From the human T2T-CHM13v2.0 reference genome, Homo sapiens: a DNA stretch of 64,000 nt. Made by a program: the position numbers and the translations under genes. Below are positions 46,508-63,809 of this stretch, in pieces. The stretch's first letter is position 1; every line of letters starts with the position of its first letter. The DNA lies in assembly GCF_009914755.1 (NCBI RefSeq), contig NC_060940.1. One strand, given 5' to 3'. Under the pieces are notes generated by a model. The model made no database searches and was not told where the DNA came from. It saw only the letters and a list, made by a program, of their open reading frames with translations.

Positions 46508-47830
46508 GTCTTTTGGTAGCTCTACATCCCTGGTCTGAGTTGCACAACACCCACTTGGGTGAGACAGGAAGGCTGAGGGCTTGGAGCCAGGCAAGTGCCT
46601 TGGCCTGAGTAAAGTCTGTTCCCTAGAGATGGAGAGAGCCTTGGCCACATTTCAAAATGGTTACTGTTTCTCACCCCTGCCAGAAACGTGAGGGGATCTT
46701 TTTTGTTTCTTCATCATGAGAACTACATGACAAAATAATTTTCTCTGACTTTACTTCAGTATGTTTGCCCCATTGATTTTGTATTTCAAATTAGGGAATG
46801 CTGAGATATGATAAGCTCTGTAGTATAATTTCTTTTTATAGGGCTCAGAGATTACATTGTGGTAGGTAGTGGAATCAGACTGTTATTACGGATTGAAGTT
46901 TAAGAAAACAAAATATTGGTTCTGTTGCAATCAAATCTTATAAAGAAAACAGCAAAATTATTCGGCCATCAACCACAAAACTGTCTAATCTTTTCTATAC
47001 GTTTACTTGAAACAATTATAGGATGAGTAACTTGAGCTCAAATATTAGTTCCCAGCTTTGCCAGCGTATTAGAATGCCACATCAAATTACCATCATGCAC
47101 TGTATAACGACATTTCAGTCAACAATGGACCACATAAAAGATGGTGGTCCCATAAAATTATAATGGAACTGAAAAATTCCTATGGCCTAGTGCCATCTTA
47201 GCTGTCATGATGTCATAGTGTAAGGCATTACTCATATGTTTGTGGTGATGCAGGGGTAAACAAAACTACTGTGTTGCCAGGTGTATACAAGTATAGCACA
47301 TACAATTATGTACAGTACATAATAGTTGATAGTGATAAATGATATTACTGATTTATGTATTTAGTATACTGTACTTTTAATCATTCTTTTAGGGTGTACT
47401 CCATCTACTTTTAAAAACAAAAAGTTCACTGTAAAACAGCCTCAGGTAGGCCGTTCAGTAGGTATTCCAGAAGAAGGTATTGTCATCATAGGAGATGGAC
47501 AGCTCCAAGGGTGTTTATTGCCCCTGAAGACTTTCTAGTGGAACAAGATGTGGAGGTGGAAGACACTGATGTTGGTGATCCTGACTCAGTGCAGGCCTAA
47601 GCTAATGTGGGTGTTTGTGTCTTAGTTTTTAACTAAAGGTTTAAAAAGTAAAAATAAAACATTAAAAAAAATTTTTGTACACCTGAACAATGTCTTTGTG
47701 TTTTAAGCTAAGTTATTACAAAAGGGTCAAAAAACTAAAAAAATTAAAAGTTAACAAGGTAAAGAAGTTACAGTAAGCTAAGGCTAATTTATTATTGAAG
47801 AAAAATATTTTTTAAAACAAATTTAGTGTA

Positions 47831-48158
<328 letters not shown>

Positions 48159-48454
48159 TTAGTGTAGGTTAAGCATGCAGTGTGTATAAAATATACAATA
48201 GTGCATAGTAATGTCCTAGGACTTCATATTCACTCAAGACTCACCCCAGAGTTAACTTCTAGTTGTACAAGCTACATTCATGGTAAGTGTGGTAACATTT
48301 AAAAATCTTTTATACTCTGTTTTCACTGTACCTTTTCTATGTTTAGGTATCTTTACATACACAAATACTTACCACTGTGTTATAACTGCCTACAGGATTT
48401 AGTACAGTAACATGCTGTACAGGTTTGTAGCCTAGGCGTAATAATAGGCTATAG

Positions 48455-48979
48455 CAGCAGTCCCCAACCTGTTTGGCACCAGGAACTGGTTTTGTGGAAG
48501 ACAATTTTTCCATGGACCCCATGGACCGGGGGTGGGGGATGGTTTTGGGATGATTCAAGCACATTATATTTATTTTGCATTTTATTTCTATTGTTATTAC
48601 ACTGTAATATATAATGAAATAATTATACAACTCACCATAATGTAGAATCGTGGGAGCCCTGAGCTTGTTTTCCTACAACTAGGTGGTCCCATCTGGGGGA
48701 GACAGTGACAGATCATCAGGCATTAGATTCTCATAAGGAGTGCACAACCTAGATCCCTGGCAGTGCTGCACAGTTCACAATAGGGTTTGCACTCCTATCA
48801 GAATCTTATGCCGCCACTGATCTGACAGGAGGTGGAGCTCAGGCCATAATGTGAGTGATGGGGTGCGGCTGTAAATACAGATGAAGCTTTGCTTGTTTGC
48901 CTGCTGTTCACCTCCTGCTGTGTGGCCCCTTTCCTACCAGGCCAGGGACCCATACGGTCCAGGGGGTTGGGGACCCCTG
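48455..48979 (-). mobile_element. MER1A (hAT-Charlie)
   Basis: TIRs cagcagtccccaacc/ggttggggacccctg; 8-bp TSD ggctatag/ggctatac. Confidence 0.88.
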
Positions 48980-49932
48980 GGCTATACCATCTAGTCTAGG
49001 TGTGAAGTAGGCTATACCATCTGGGTTTGTGTAAGTACAATCTATGATGTTTGCAAATGAAATAGCTTAACAATGCATTTTGCAAAACTTACTCTCCCTA
49101 TTAAGCTATGCATGACTATACTTGATAGTTTCACAAAATTTACCACACAAAAAGTTAAAATGGCATTTCAAATTCAGAGGGGCCACTGCTAATTATTCAT
49201 TTGTACATTTCTACATAGTAGGGATTAAAAATTAGAAATAATTTGATAGCTCTCTTTACCCCAGGAAAATGATATACCTTGAACAGATATTAACAAAAGT
49301 GATGATGACAATGATTAGTAACAACAACAGAAGTTTATTTCCTACATTATATTTTTAGATATCATTACACTTGACGAAAACTTTCAATTATGGGGATATG
49401 GAGAAGCTGAATTACTTATAGGTCATTTAGGTCAGTGGCTCCTAAATACCTATTAAGCTTTAAACCAGAGAAAAAAGAGAAAATATAATATGTATACTTC
49501 AAACTTTGTGTATAATTATAGTTGTAAAACATCCTTATCTAAGATTTCTCAGGCTCTTTGGACTCCTGAAGGAGCCCCTGGGACGTTATTAGAAATGAAA
49601 ATTCTGTGGCCCCATAGCAGACCTACTCAGCTGAAACTTTGGTGGTGGGGCCTGGAAAGGTGTGTTTTAATTAACTCTCTAGGTGATTTGATGTATGCTG
49701 ATGTCTGAGAATCATTATTCTAATCGAAGCTAAAAATGTACTAAACAAACGATATATGCATCAAAGGGAAAGCTGTAATACATCACCAATTTACTAAATT
49801 CCTGGCTCATTTTCCCAATAATATGTTTTAAAAGTCCTACTGGATAATAACAATGGACATCAGGATTTTTAAAAACAACAGAGTTTGATAACCACTGCCA
49901 ATAAGGAGAATATTTGTTCTCTACAGATTTAA

Positions 49933-50355
<423 letters not shown>

Positions 50356-51504
50356 AGGAGAAAATTTTTATTTTGCCCTTATTTAGAACTAAAAATATCT
50401 TACTGAATTTATATTTGTATCAAATCCTTATTCTCACAGTTTCTTGATTTTAAGACAACATTATTAAGGAGCTAGCCAGTGTGACGGGATGAATTGAGGA
50501 CCCATGAATTCCTACTTCAATCAAGTTCTCAGCAAAAAAAGAAATTTATTTCACATGGGCACTCTATATATGTTATCTTACAATTAATCATGTTATAATC
50601 TTTTCTGACAGTGGTCTAAAGTTTTATACAAATCTTAGCAGTAATCTCACTAGCCCTTTAGCAAAAGGGCTGACCTTGTATTGTTTATCTTTGTATCCTC
50701 ATCAAGGGGTCTGGCACAATACCATATATAAATAGATTTTCCTATTAAATTTATCATCTTGACTGTGTATCTGACATTTAGTATGTTTAAACCTTTTCCA
50801 TGTAAGCAGAACTACTTTTAAAAGGTTTTCAGTAATACACAGTACTAACAGTTTTACCATACAAAGGAGACATAACAGTGTTACTTATAGTCCCAGATCA
50901 GAACATGCAGGGCTAACTCATAGGCTGAACGCTAAGAAGTAAATAGTACTCCCTGTCACATGTTTATATGAGGCTATTGTTATTCTTTTATGTTGAACTA
51001 GATAATAGTAGACATTCATTCTTTAATAAATACTTTATAATTTCTTTTAGTGATATCCGAATAAAAGTTGAGATGAGATGGCTACTTATTATTAAGGGGT
51101 AAATTATCTCTTTCACCTAGCAAGGTACCATTTAATACACTCAAGTAGTTTAGGAAAGGAGAAACTAGTGGTCTGAAGAATTTAACGTCGAAAGAAAATT
51201 ATGCCACAACCTTGATAAACTCAGGATTGGTTTTCAGATTAGAAAACTAAATATTAGAAACAAAGATGGCATAGACAAAACATTAAAACCCCTTCTCATA
51301 ATTTTAAAAATGTCTGCTGTTCCTTCACTGATACACACTAATCAGTATTCTTTAATGTTGTCCTAGCGTTAATTCTTTCCATATTCTACCTTGTGAATGT
51401 GTAATTATTTGAAAGGCTGCTGTGCAGGTGTAACTTAAAAAAAAAAAGAAACATAATGAGAAAACACTTAGATAACAGGTATTGCTTCAAGCAGAAATCT
51501 GAAA

Positions 51505-52915
51505 ACATCTAGGGGTGCTCAACAACAACAAAACAGAAAAAAATGGGCCTAGGTCTTGAATAGATATTTTTCCAAACAGATATACAAATAAATGGCCAAT
51601 AAGCAAATACAATACGTGCAATATTGGGAAAATGCAAATCAAAACTACAATGGGATCCCACCTCACACCCAACAGAATGGCTGCCAAAAAGTAAAAATAA
51701 CTAAATGTTGGCAAGAATGTAGAAAACTGCACCCTGTGTACTGTGGTGGAATATAAAATGGTGTGTAGACCCACCATGGAAAATGGTATAGTGGTTCCTT
51801 CAAAAATTACACAGAAGTATCATATGATGCAGCAAGTCTGCTTTTGGGTATATACCCAAAAGAACTGAAAGCAGGGTGTCCAAGTGATATTTGTACACCC
51901 ATGTTTATAGCAGGATTACGATAGCCAAAAGGAGGAAGCAACCCAAGTGTCCATGAACTGGGGGAGTGAATAGAAAAAATGTGGAATATACCTAAAATGA
52001 AATATTATTCAGCCTTAAAGCAAGAAAATTCTGAAACATGCTACGCTGATGCACCTCAAGGACTTTATGCTAAGTGAAATAAACCAGTCACAAAAAGACA
52101 AATACCGTGTGATTCCAATTACATTTGGTACCTAGAGCAGCAGTCCTCAAACTTTTTGGCACCAGGAACTGGTTTTGTGGAAGACAATTTTTCCACGGAC
52201 CAGGGGATGGCTGGGATGGTTTTGGGATGATTCAAGCACATTACATTTATTATGCACTTTATTTCTATTATTATTACATTGTAACATGTAATGAATTATA
52301 CAACTCACCATAATGTAGAATCAGTGGGAGCCCTGAGCTTGTCTTCCTGCAACTAGACAGTCCCATCTGGGGGTGATGGGAGACAGTGACAGATCATCAG
52401 GCATAGATTCTCATAAGGAGCGTGCAGCCCAGATCCCTTACACGAACAGTTCACAATAGGGTTCATGGTCCTGTGAGAATCTAATGCAGCGGCTGATCTG
52501 ACAGGAGGCAGAGCTCAGGCTATAATGTGATTGATGGGGAGCAGCTGTAAATACAGATGAAGCTTTGCTTGCTCACCTGCTGCTCACCTCCTGCTATGTG
52601 GCCCGGTTCCTAACAGGCCATGGATTGGTACTGGTCTGTGGCCTGGGGGATGGGCACCCCTGACCTAGAGTACTCAGATTCATAGAGACTGAAGGTAGAA
52701 TGGTACATGCCATGGGCTGGAGCAGGAGGGAAATGGGGAGTTAGCGTTTAATGGGTACAGAGTTTCAAGTCTGCAAGGTGAAGTGCTCTGGAGAGTAATG
52801 ATGGTGATGGTTGCACACAGTGTGAATACACTTAGTACTACTGAACTGTATACTTAAAAATGGTTAAGATGATATATTTTATGTTTATATGTATTTCACC
52901 ACAATTTAAAACAAA
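51505..52915 (+). mobile_element. L1MA/MB 3' fragment interrupted by MER1A
   Basis: atgcaaatcaaaactacaatg...atgctaagtgaaataaaccagtcacaaaaagacaaatac...ctgaactgtatacttaaaaatggttaag. Confidence 0.85.
52138..52662 (-). mobile_element. MER1A (hAT-Charlie), second copy
   Basis: Homologous to 48455-48979; perfect 8-bp TSD acctagag (52130-52137/52663-52670). Confidence 0.9.
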
Positions 52916-54029
52916 AATGAAAAGTCCCCACCCCTGCCAAATATGGTGGTGATGCTAAGAAAAACTGTCCATGGTCCCATATAAAAATGTAATTTTGTCC
53001 AATACATATATTATTAGCATTTTTATCCCCAGTAAAATCTTTCCATGGCATCTGACAGCCCACTTGTTATAGCTAAATTTTGTCAACCACACCTATACCA
53101 ACCCTGCCGAAGATTCACCCTTGGTAACAAGCTTCCATAACAAAAATTTCAAAACAACTACTTTATGATTTCAAAGTTTGAATTTCTGTGAGTCATTCCT
53201 TCCCTCAGTGACTCCAACAGGTACCTTAAAACTAGCTGACTTTATAAGCTTAGAGTATTTCTAAGATACACATCATATTCCCTTTTCTTCCTAAACTGCT
53301 TCTAAAGATAATAAATTCAGCATTTTAGCTAATAGAAATGCTTTCGTATTTTGTTAGCTTTTGGTTTTTAAAACATTTGTTTTTATTTCTATTATAGCTC
53401 TTTTAACTATTTCTTGTCTGACTGTTATGCTAAGGAGGTATGCATACACACATCATTTGTACCAGGTGGTATTAAAAGTAAAATAAGGTTTAATGAACCA
53501 CTGACAGGCAGAGCAGTAGCTGAATGCCTGGGTCCCTTTCCCCCTACCATCCTGTATTATTAAGGTGCATGCATCAACTGCAGCAGGATGCACCATGGAA
53601 AATACTCAAGTGCCCCAGTCTTTGTGGCATTTTAAATTTTATATGGACATTGGAAGAAGACTGGGAATATCTAGAAGACATGAGAGCTTCCTGGCTGAGA
53701 AAACTGTCTTTGTTAGAAAGGAGGAGTGTCAGGAACTAAGCTTCAATTATTAGGCTGTTGTATTCTCTAAACTCATGTGCTGAGCCAGCACTTTGCTAAA
53801 CTATCAAAAGACAGGTCCCAGGACCATCAGATGTACCTCTCCTGCCTCTCCAAATCTTTTCCTAATTCATCTGTCTGTTTACAATGCCACATGATGCCTG
53901 GCAAATAATACTACTATTTACATAGGAAGGTGGGAAGGATTTCCAAATATCCGTAGAAGTTTGGAATCATAGCTGAATATTCATAAGTTTATAAAGTTTT
54001 GTGATATTTGTGAGTTTTATAGTCTACAT

Positions 54030-54238
54030 CAGGATTTCTCAAGTCAGCACTGTTGACATTTTGGGATGGATAATTTTTTGTTGAGGGAGCTGTTCTATCT
54101 GTTATAGTTTGCTTAGCAGCCTCCTGGCCTCTATCCACTAGATGCCAGTAGCACCCTCCCAGTTGTGACAATCAAAAATGCCTGCAGACATTGTCAAATG
54201 TCTCCCATGAGTCAAAATCACCCGATTGAGAACCACTG
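54030..54238 (+). mobile_element. MER20 (hAT-Charlie)
   Basis: cagcactgttgacattttggg...ccactagatgccagtagcaccctcccagttgtgaca...gagaaccactg. Confidence 0.85.
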
Positions 54239-54675
54239 GTCCAAAGACAATTCGTACAAATTTTCAGACTCAGATTCTTAGTGCACTCAATGCAAGTCAG
54301 TGTATTTCTGAATCGGGATGAGAAAAAGTAAATTAGGGGGTAAAAACTCCTCATTTCCTGCATAATCAGCCTGGGAGAGGAGAAAAGGATCATTTTTATT
54401 GATCAAGGTTTTCTACGCTCTGTGATTATTCTAATAAAGTTATGAGCTTCTAGCCTTCTGAATAAATTTTCTGTGAAAGAAGTTATCTAACTACAGGAAG
54501 TAACCAGGCTTTCAGGATTGGAGCAACCAGTGAGAACTCCATACTTCAACAGACTTCATCCTAGGAACACACACAGAGATTGAACATCCACTCCGATCGT
54601 ATCATCAACCAGTGTGCAATTCAGTTTAATTAATCAGAGTCATAGTTGTTTGTCAATTTCCCCAGCTGGAATTAA

Positions 54676-54677
<2 letters not shown>

Positions 54678-54725
<48 letters not shown>
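54678..54725. repeat. (TATC)12 tetranucleotide STR forming the tail of an antisense Alu
   Basis: Direct read. Confidence 0.97.
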
Positions 54726-54726
<1 letters not shown>

Positions 54727-55003
54727 GAGTCTAACTTTGTTGCCCAGGCTGGAGTGCAGTGGCATGATCTTGGCTCACTGCAACCTCTGCCTCCTGGGTT
54801 CATGCTACTCTCCTGCCTCAGCCCCCTGAGTAGCTGCGACTACAGGCGCCCGCCACCACGCCTGGCTAATTTTTATATTTTTAGTGGAGATGGGGTTTCA
54901 CCACGTTGGTCTGGCTAGTCTCAAACTCCTGACCTCAAGTGATCCACCCACCTCGGCTTCCCAAAGTGCTGGGAACACAGGCGTGATCCACCACGCCTGG
55001 CCA
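54726..55003 (-). mobile_element. Alu (AluS-like)
   Basis: Antisense dimeric Alu. Confidence 0.93.
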
Positions 55004-55519
55004 GGCATTAAATATTTGATAATAATAGTTAATATTTACTATCTAAGCTATAATACCAACTTGATCTCTCCAGTTGGATCCAAAGAACACATGATTACCT
55101 CCCCCATCCCCATCTAAACTGCTCCTCACCAGTCATCTTTCTCAGTAAGAGACAGCTACCCTGCTACCTATGGCTCAAGCCCTCATATCCTGTGATTTAT
55201 TCTTATTGAGATATAATTCACATGCCATAAAATGTACCTTTAATGTATACAATTCAGCAGTTTGTTAGTATGTTCTCAGAGTTGGGCAAACCTGACCACT
55301 ATCGAATTCCAGAACATTCTCATCGACCTCAATATGAAACTCCATACCTATCAGCAGTCATCCCATTACTCTCACCTACCAGCCTCTGGGAACCAGAATC
55401 TACTTTCTGTCTCTATGGATCTGCTTATTCTAGGCACTTCCTATAAATGGAATAATACCACAAAAATGGCCTTTTGTTTGTGGCTTCTTTCATTTAGCAG
55501 GTATTCAAGGTTCTTCCTC

Positions 55520-57255
<1,736 letters not shown>

Positions 57256-59764
57256 TCCCAGAGTCTTTAAGCCTCATATATCTTTCCAGCTATGAGACTA
57301 GTATGAGGCACTGTATCTTCTACAACCTGGAGCTGTACTTCTAGAACAAACGAAAGGACCTGACATCAGGTGGTTAACATTGATGGGCACCAGTCCTTTA
57401 CTTTAATTGTATCGCTTTTATCTTAGAAGTCAAATATTAATATTTTCTGTTGGCAACCATAAGAAGTTTTGGTGGTAATCAATAAAACTTCTAGTGTGAC
57501 TCCATGTTTCTCCTGTTTGAAAAATACTGGAGAACGTAATTTCAGAAAAAGCTGATCATCTTATCTGGAATCACTTCTCATCCTACATAAGTGGGATACC
57601 GTTAGAGATAACCAACTTCTCTGTTTGTTATTAGGTTTAATCAGTGTTATCACATTTGTAAGAGTAAAACCTTTTGATTGAGGAAGTCAGATGGTCAACC
57701 CATCTTCCTTCCATGAGTACAATGCAGGGAGGGGAGAGGAGGGAAGTGAGGGTATCTGGGAATTGAGAGACAAGAGAGATTTAAAAAATATCCTTCCTCA
57801 CAATTATTCAAATACTTTAAATGTTTATCATTGTCATCCAACTTAGAATAAGAAGGGGGAAAACATAAGGAAGATTGAAAAAATTGAGAATTAAAAATTG
57901 AGCCATGAGAAAAGTATTAAAAATCAAGATAGCCAAAGTTCAGTGAAATCTAACGAAGTGGTTCCCACCTACTTTATTACTAAAACTCTTTTATATATTT
58001 CTTTTATAGATTTGAAATTGGAATATATTTTGTCTACCAAACTATATTTACTAAAATGTTTCTTATTTTAATCCATCATTGTAACTGTAAAATAAATCAT
58101 ATCCCAAGTATTCATTTAATATTATCTATCTGATCAGAACTACTGATCATTATATAACCAATATTACCATAGTATTGATATAATTCCAATAAAAGCAAAG
58201 AAGCATAACATACTGTTACTCTATGGAACCTTATACAAATATACAATGGTATTTTAGGCTGCAAATAGTTACAGATACTATTTTTACCACCACAGATCTT
58301 ACAGTGATTTTTAAACTAAACTTTTTATTTTGAGATAATTTTAGATTTCCATGCAGATATAGAAATAATGCAAAGATCCCATGTACCCTTTATTCAGTTT
58401 TCTCCCATGGTAACATCTTACAAAATGAGAACATATTATCAAAGCCAGTAAAATACTGATTCTGAGACAGTGAAGTCCTGAACGTTTCCATCACCACAAG
58501 GATCCCTCATACTGTCTTTTCATAGCCACAACCATTTCCCCGTCACCCACACCTACTCCTAAATCCCTGTCTAACTCTAATTTGTTCTTCATTTCTATAA
58601 CTTTTTTTCACTTTAGAAATGTTATACAAATAGAATCATATAGTATATAAACTTCTGGGATAGGCTTTTTCTCAATGTAATCCTCTGGAGATTCATCTGG
58701 GTTGTTCTGTGAAAAATAGTTTGTTCCTTTTCATTGCTGAGTAGTGTTTCATGGCATGGATGTACCAAAGATTTTAATAAGCCACAGGAGGATGCCTGGG
58801 TTGCTTCTAGTTTAGGGCTATTATGAATACAGCTGGTATAAACACTCACGTGTAGATTTTTGAGTGAACATTTAACTTTTCATCTCTCTGGGATAAATGC
58901 CTGGGACTGCAATTGCTGGGTCATACAGTAGTTGCATGTCTAGTTTTTTAAGAACTACCAACATTTTCCAGAGTGACTAAAACATTTTACATTCACACAA
59001 GCAATATATAAGTGATCTACTGTCTCTGCATCCTCATTAGCATTTGATGTTGTCACTTTATTTTTTTAGCCATTCCGATAGGTGTGTAGTATATCCCATT
59101 GTGGTTTTCATGTGCATTTCCCTAATTAAATACTGTTAACGTCTTTTCATGTGCTAATTGCTACCTATGTATCTTCTTCAGTGAAATGTCTCTTCATGTC
59201 TCTTGTCCATGTTTTAATTTGACAGTGTGAAGAGTTCTTTATATATTATAGATATTGAACCTTTGTCAGATATGTGATTTGCAAATATCTTTCTTTCAGG
59301 CTGTAGATTGTCTTTTCATCCTCTTATCAGGGTCTTTCACAGAGCAAAACTATTTAAGTTTTGATGAAGTCTTGTAAATATTTCCTTTAATGGATCTTGC
59401 TTTTGGTGTAAAGTCTAAGGACTCTTTGCCAAGCCTTAAATCCAGAAAATATCCTCATGATTCTTGTTAGAAGATCTATGGTTTCATATTTTACATTTAT
59501 GTCCATGATCCACTTTGAATTCCTTTTTGTAACTTTGTGAAAAACCTATCTTTCCTTTATTGCTTTTTGCACCTTTGTCAAAAATGAGGTAGGCATGTTT
59601 GTATGGGCTTATTTCTGGGTTCTGTCTTCCATTTCATAATCAATGTATCTGTACTTCTGCCAATACCATACAGTCTTGATTACTGCAGCTATAAAATAAG
59701 TCTTGAAATTACATAGACGAATTCCACCTATTTTATTCTTCTTTTTCCAATTGTTTCAGTTCTA

Positions 59765-59841
59765 TTAGGTTGGTGCAAAAGTAATTGTGGTTTTGCCATT
59801 AAAAAATGACAAAAAGCACAATTACTTTTGCAGTAACTTAA
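59765..59841. mobile_element. MADE1 (Hsmar1-derived MITE), palindromic
   Basis: ttaggttggtgcaaaagtaattgtgg...cacaattacttttgcagtaacttaa; TA TSD both sides. Confidence 0.93.
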
Positions 59842-60753
59842 TAGCTCCTTGGCCTTTCCATATATATTTTCTAATGAAATTGTCTATATCTACAAAATAT
59901 CCTTCCGGGGACGTGGAAAGGAATTGTGTTAAACCTGCAAGGCAATTTATGGAAAACTGATATCTCTCTCTGTTAAATCTCCCAATCTATGAACCTTGCG
60001 TATCTCTTCATTTATTTAGACGACTGATTTCTCTCACTGGCATTGCGTAGTTTTCAACATATAAGTCCTCTATATGTTTTGTTAAATTTATACTTAAGTA
60101 TTTCACATTTTTTGAGTGATTGAGAATAGAAATGTATTTTTAATTTTGGTGTCTATGTATCCATTGATAATGTACAGACATACAACTGATTTTTGCGTTC
60201 TTGTATCCTGCAACCTTGCTGAATGTACTTCTTGGTTGCAGCAGTTTTTGCTGAGTGTGTGTTTTTTATTCCTGGAGGTCATCTATGTATACAATTATGT
60301 CATCTGGAAATAGTGATGGTTTTACTTCTTTGCTTTCAACTTGGTTGCCTTTTGTTTCCTTTTCTTGCCTTATTCCAGTGAATTTACAATTAGAGTGTTT
60401 AGAGGCGATATCCTTGCTTAGTTCCTAATCTTCGACGCAGACCATTCAGTCTTTTATCATTAAGCATAAATTCAGCTGAAGGTTTCTTGTAAACATTCTT
60501 TATCAAATTCAGGAAGTTATTCTCTATCCCTATTTTTATGACAGTTTTTATCATGAATAGTTTAAACTTCAGTGCTTTTTCGGCATCAGTTAATATGACC
60601 ATGTGGTTTGTTTTCTTCTTTACTCTGTCAATGTGGTGTACTACACTAATAGATTTTTTAATCTTGAACTGGCATTGTGTCCCTGGCATAACCCCCACTT
60701 GATCATGGTGTATAATTATTTCTATATAATGCTGTATGTGTTCTACTCACTAA

Positions 60754-61357
60754 TTTTTTTTCTTTCTTTTTTTTTTTGGTAGAGAAGGGGTCTTACTGTG
60801 TATCCCAGGCTGGTCTCAAATTCCTAGGCTCAAGTGATTCTCCCACATCGGCCTCCCAAAGTGCTGGGATTGCAGGCATGGGCTACCATGTTTGTCCCAC
60901 TAATCATGATTTTTGTATTTATATTCATGAGGACTATCTGTCTACAGGGATTTTGTACTGTCTTTGTCTGGTTTTGGTATCAGGGTAAACCTACAAACCA
61001 GAAAATTTTCCTTTTTTTTTCTAAAGGAGATTGTACAGAATTTGAAGTTAACTCTATTTTATTTTTTTGAGACGGGGTCTTGCTGTGTCACCCAGGTTAG
61101 AGTGCAGTGGTGCAATTGTGGCTCACTGTAACCTTGACCTCCAGGGCTCAAGTGATCCTCCCACTTCAGCCTCCTGAATTGCTGGGACTATGGGCACATG
61201 CCACTACATCTGGCTTATTTAAAAAAATTTTTTTGTAGACACAGGATCTCACTATATTGCCTGGGTTGGTCTCAAACTCCTGAACTCAAGTGATCCTCTC
61301 GCCTTGGCCTCCCAAAGTGCTGGGATTACAGGCATGAGCCATCCATCGCACTCTACC
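60754..61357 (-). mobile_element. Alu left monomer (~60754-60898) and AluJ (~61056-61357)
   Basis: Antisense Alu sequences. Confidence 0.88.
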
Positions 61358-62442
61358 AGTTAACTGTATTTTAAATGTGTGGTATAATTCTTACCACTTG
61401 GGTCTACCTATTTCTTTTTTGCAAGTTTTAAAATTATGAACCCAATTTCCTTAGTAATTTTAAGATTATTCAAATGATATATTTTATATTGGATAATTTG
61501 TGATAGTTTGTGTTTTTCAAGAAGTTTGTCCATTTCTTCTAAGATGTCCAATGCATGTGCATATTATTCCCTTATTATCCTTTTGATATCTTCAGGGTCC
61601 ACAGTGAGTCATCTGATTCATTCCTGACACTGGCAATTTATGTCTCCTCTCTCTTTTTTTTTGGTCAGTCCTGGTACAGATTTGTCAATTTTGTTTATTT
61701 CCTGTTTAACTGATTTTATCTTTTGTTTTGCTGTTTTGAATTTCAATAACTTCTGCTCTTATTTATTTCCTTCCTCTTGTTTACTTTAGGTTTGCTTTTC
61801 TATTCATAGGTTGTTGAGGTGGGTGCTTACGTTATTAATCTGAGACTTACTCTTTTCTATTATACACATGCATTGTTATAATTTTCCTCTCAGCACTGCT
61901 TTGGCTGTGTCCCCAAGTTTTTGATATGTTGTATTTTTCTTTTCATTCAGCTCAATATATTTTAAGAATTTCCCTTGAAAATTTCTCTTTGACCTCTGGA
62001 TTATTTAGAAATAAGATGTTTAAGTTTCAAGTGTTTAGAGATTTTACAACAGGAATTTCTGTTGTTGATTTCTATTTTAAGTTCATTGTGGTTGGAGAAT
62101 ACTCTCTATGGTTTCACTTGTTTAAATTTTTTGAGGTTTTTAAATTAAAATTTTTTAATTGCCCAGAACTCAGTCTATTTTAGTATATGCTCCATGGGCA
62201 TTTGAAAAGAATGTATTGCTGTTGTTGGGCAGATTATTCTATAAATGTCTACTAGATCCTGTTGGTTGATGATATTGCTGAGTTCTGTATCCTTGCTGAT
62301 TTTCCAACTGTTTGCCAAATCTTGAGAGAGAGATATTGAGGTCTCCAACTATAAATGTAGATTTGTCTATTCGCCTTTCAGTTCAATTTTGGCTTCATAC
62401 ATTTTGCAGCTCTGTTTTTTGATGCAATTAGAATTGCTATGT

Positions 62443-63062
62443 CACGGGAGGGGAGGGGGCTGAAGGTTGAGCTGATTACTAATGGCCAGTAATTTAATCA
62501 ATAATGCCTCCACAATGACGCTTCTATAAATCCCAAAAGGATAGGATTTGGAGAGCTTCTGGGTTACTGAATACATCCATGGGCTGGGAGTGTGGTGCAC
62601 CCCAGGTTCCACAAGACTTGTGCTCAGGACCCTTCTGAACCTTACCTTATGTATTTCTTCATGTGGCTGTTGATCTGTATCCTTCATAATATCTTTATAA
62701 TAAGCCAGTACATGTAAGTAAGTGTTTCCCTGAGTTCTGTGAGCCATTCCAGCAAATGACTGAACTTGATGAAGGAGTGAGTCATGGGAAATGCCAATTT
62801 ATAGACTCTCCATCAGAAATACTGGATGCCTGGACTTGTGATTGGCATCCAAAGTGGGGAAAATCTTGTGAGACTGAGCCCTTAACTGTGGGATATGAGT
62901 CTGCCTCCAGAAAGTGTCAGAATTGAATTAAATTATGAGATACCTAGCTTGTGTTGGAGAACAGGTTGATGTGGGGTAAAACCCTACATATCTGGTCACA
63001 GATGTGTTCTGTGTTGAATGAGTGTGTGTCGTAGAAGACATATTTTTTCCCCTACATCACAG
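62443..63062 (+). mobile_element. MER21-family LTR (partial)
   Basis: ggggctgaaggttgag...aatttaatcaat...gtaagtgtttccctgagttctgtgagcc. Confidence 0.75.
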
Positions 63063-63753
63063 CATGTGATTGCTTAACATCACTTCTTGCATACACTAAG
63101 GGTACACAGAAGGCAAAGGTTACTTATGTTTTTCTCAGATATATTAACAAATAGTAACCACAGAGGAAAAAGGAAAATGATTTTGCTCTGGATTTAAACA
63201 GTATGGCCAAATAAGTCGTTTATGGGGTAGAAAAGCAATTCTTGGTCTAATAATGTTGTTATTCATAAATGACCAACAACTCACTAGTCTACAAAATTTT
63301 GCCAATGTACTCCATTCTATTAAGTTCTTATCAAATATTGTTTAGGCAATTTGGATGCCCATTGCAGATCCCTGGCTAATTTACAAGAGTAGTAAACAAA
63401 ATCCTAGATTCAAAACCAGAGGAGTTTAAGCTCCTAAAAAGTTCATAATAAATGTACTTTATTTTTATTTTTTAAATCTGTTACAGGAACTATTATTTAG
63501 AAAATTAATGACTCCTCTGTAATGTAACTCTCTAATAATGTTTGGCTATTCAGGCTTTGCTAGGAAATGGACTAAGACTGCAGAGTAATGGGTAAGAATG
63601 ATAATCTATCTGTAAGCAATAGGATAATTGGGCCAGGCCTTTACTGAATAATATTAATTTATGTTGTTGTTGTTATTTCTCTCTGGCAGTGGTTTTCAAA
63701 CTTTTCTGATCACAGCCCACAATAAAAACTACATCCTATGTTATTACCCAGTG

Positions 63754-63757
<4 letters not shown>

Positions 63758-63804
<47 letters not shown>

Positions 63805-63809
63805 GCACA
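63758..63809. repeat. (CA)n microsatellite within a probable hAT-Charlie remnant (~63688-63950)
   Basis: Direct read; flank begins cagtggttttcaaactttt. Confidence 0.9.

Larger units (their letters stand above)
58320..62440 (-). mobile_element. L1MC-type element (3' end to ORF2) interrupted by MADE1 and Alus
   Basis: ttttgagataattttagatt... L1MC-type 3' end; ORF 60399-60698 has RT remnants (DAEKA; LGTKQG). Confidence 0.85.
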
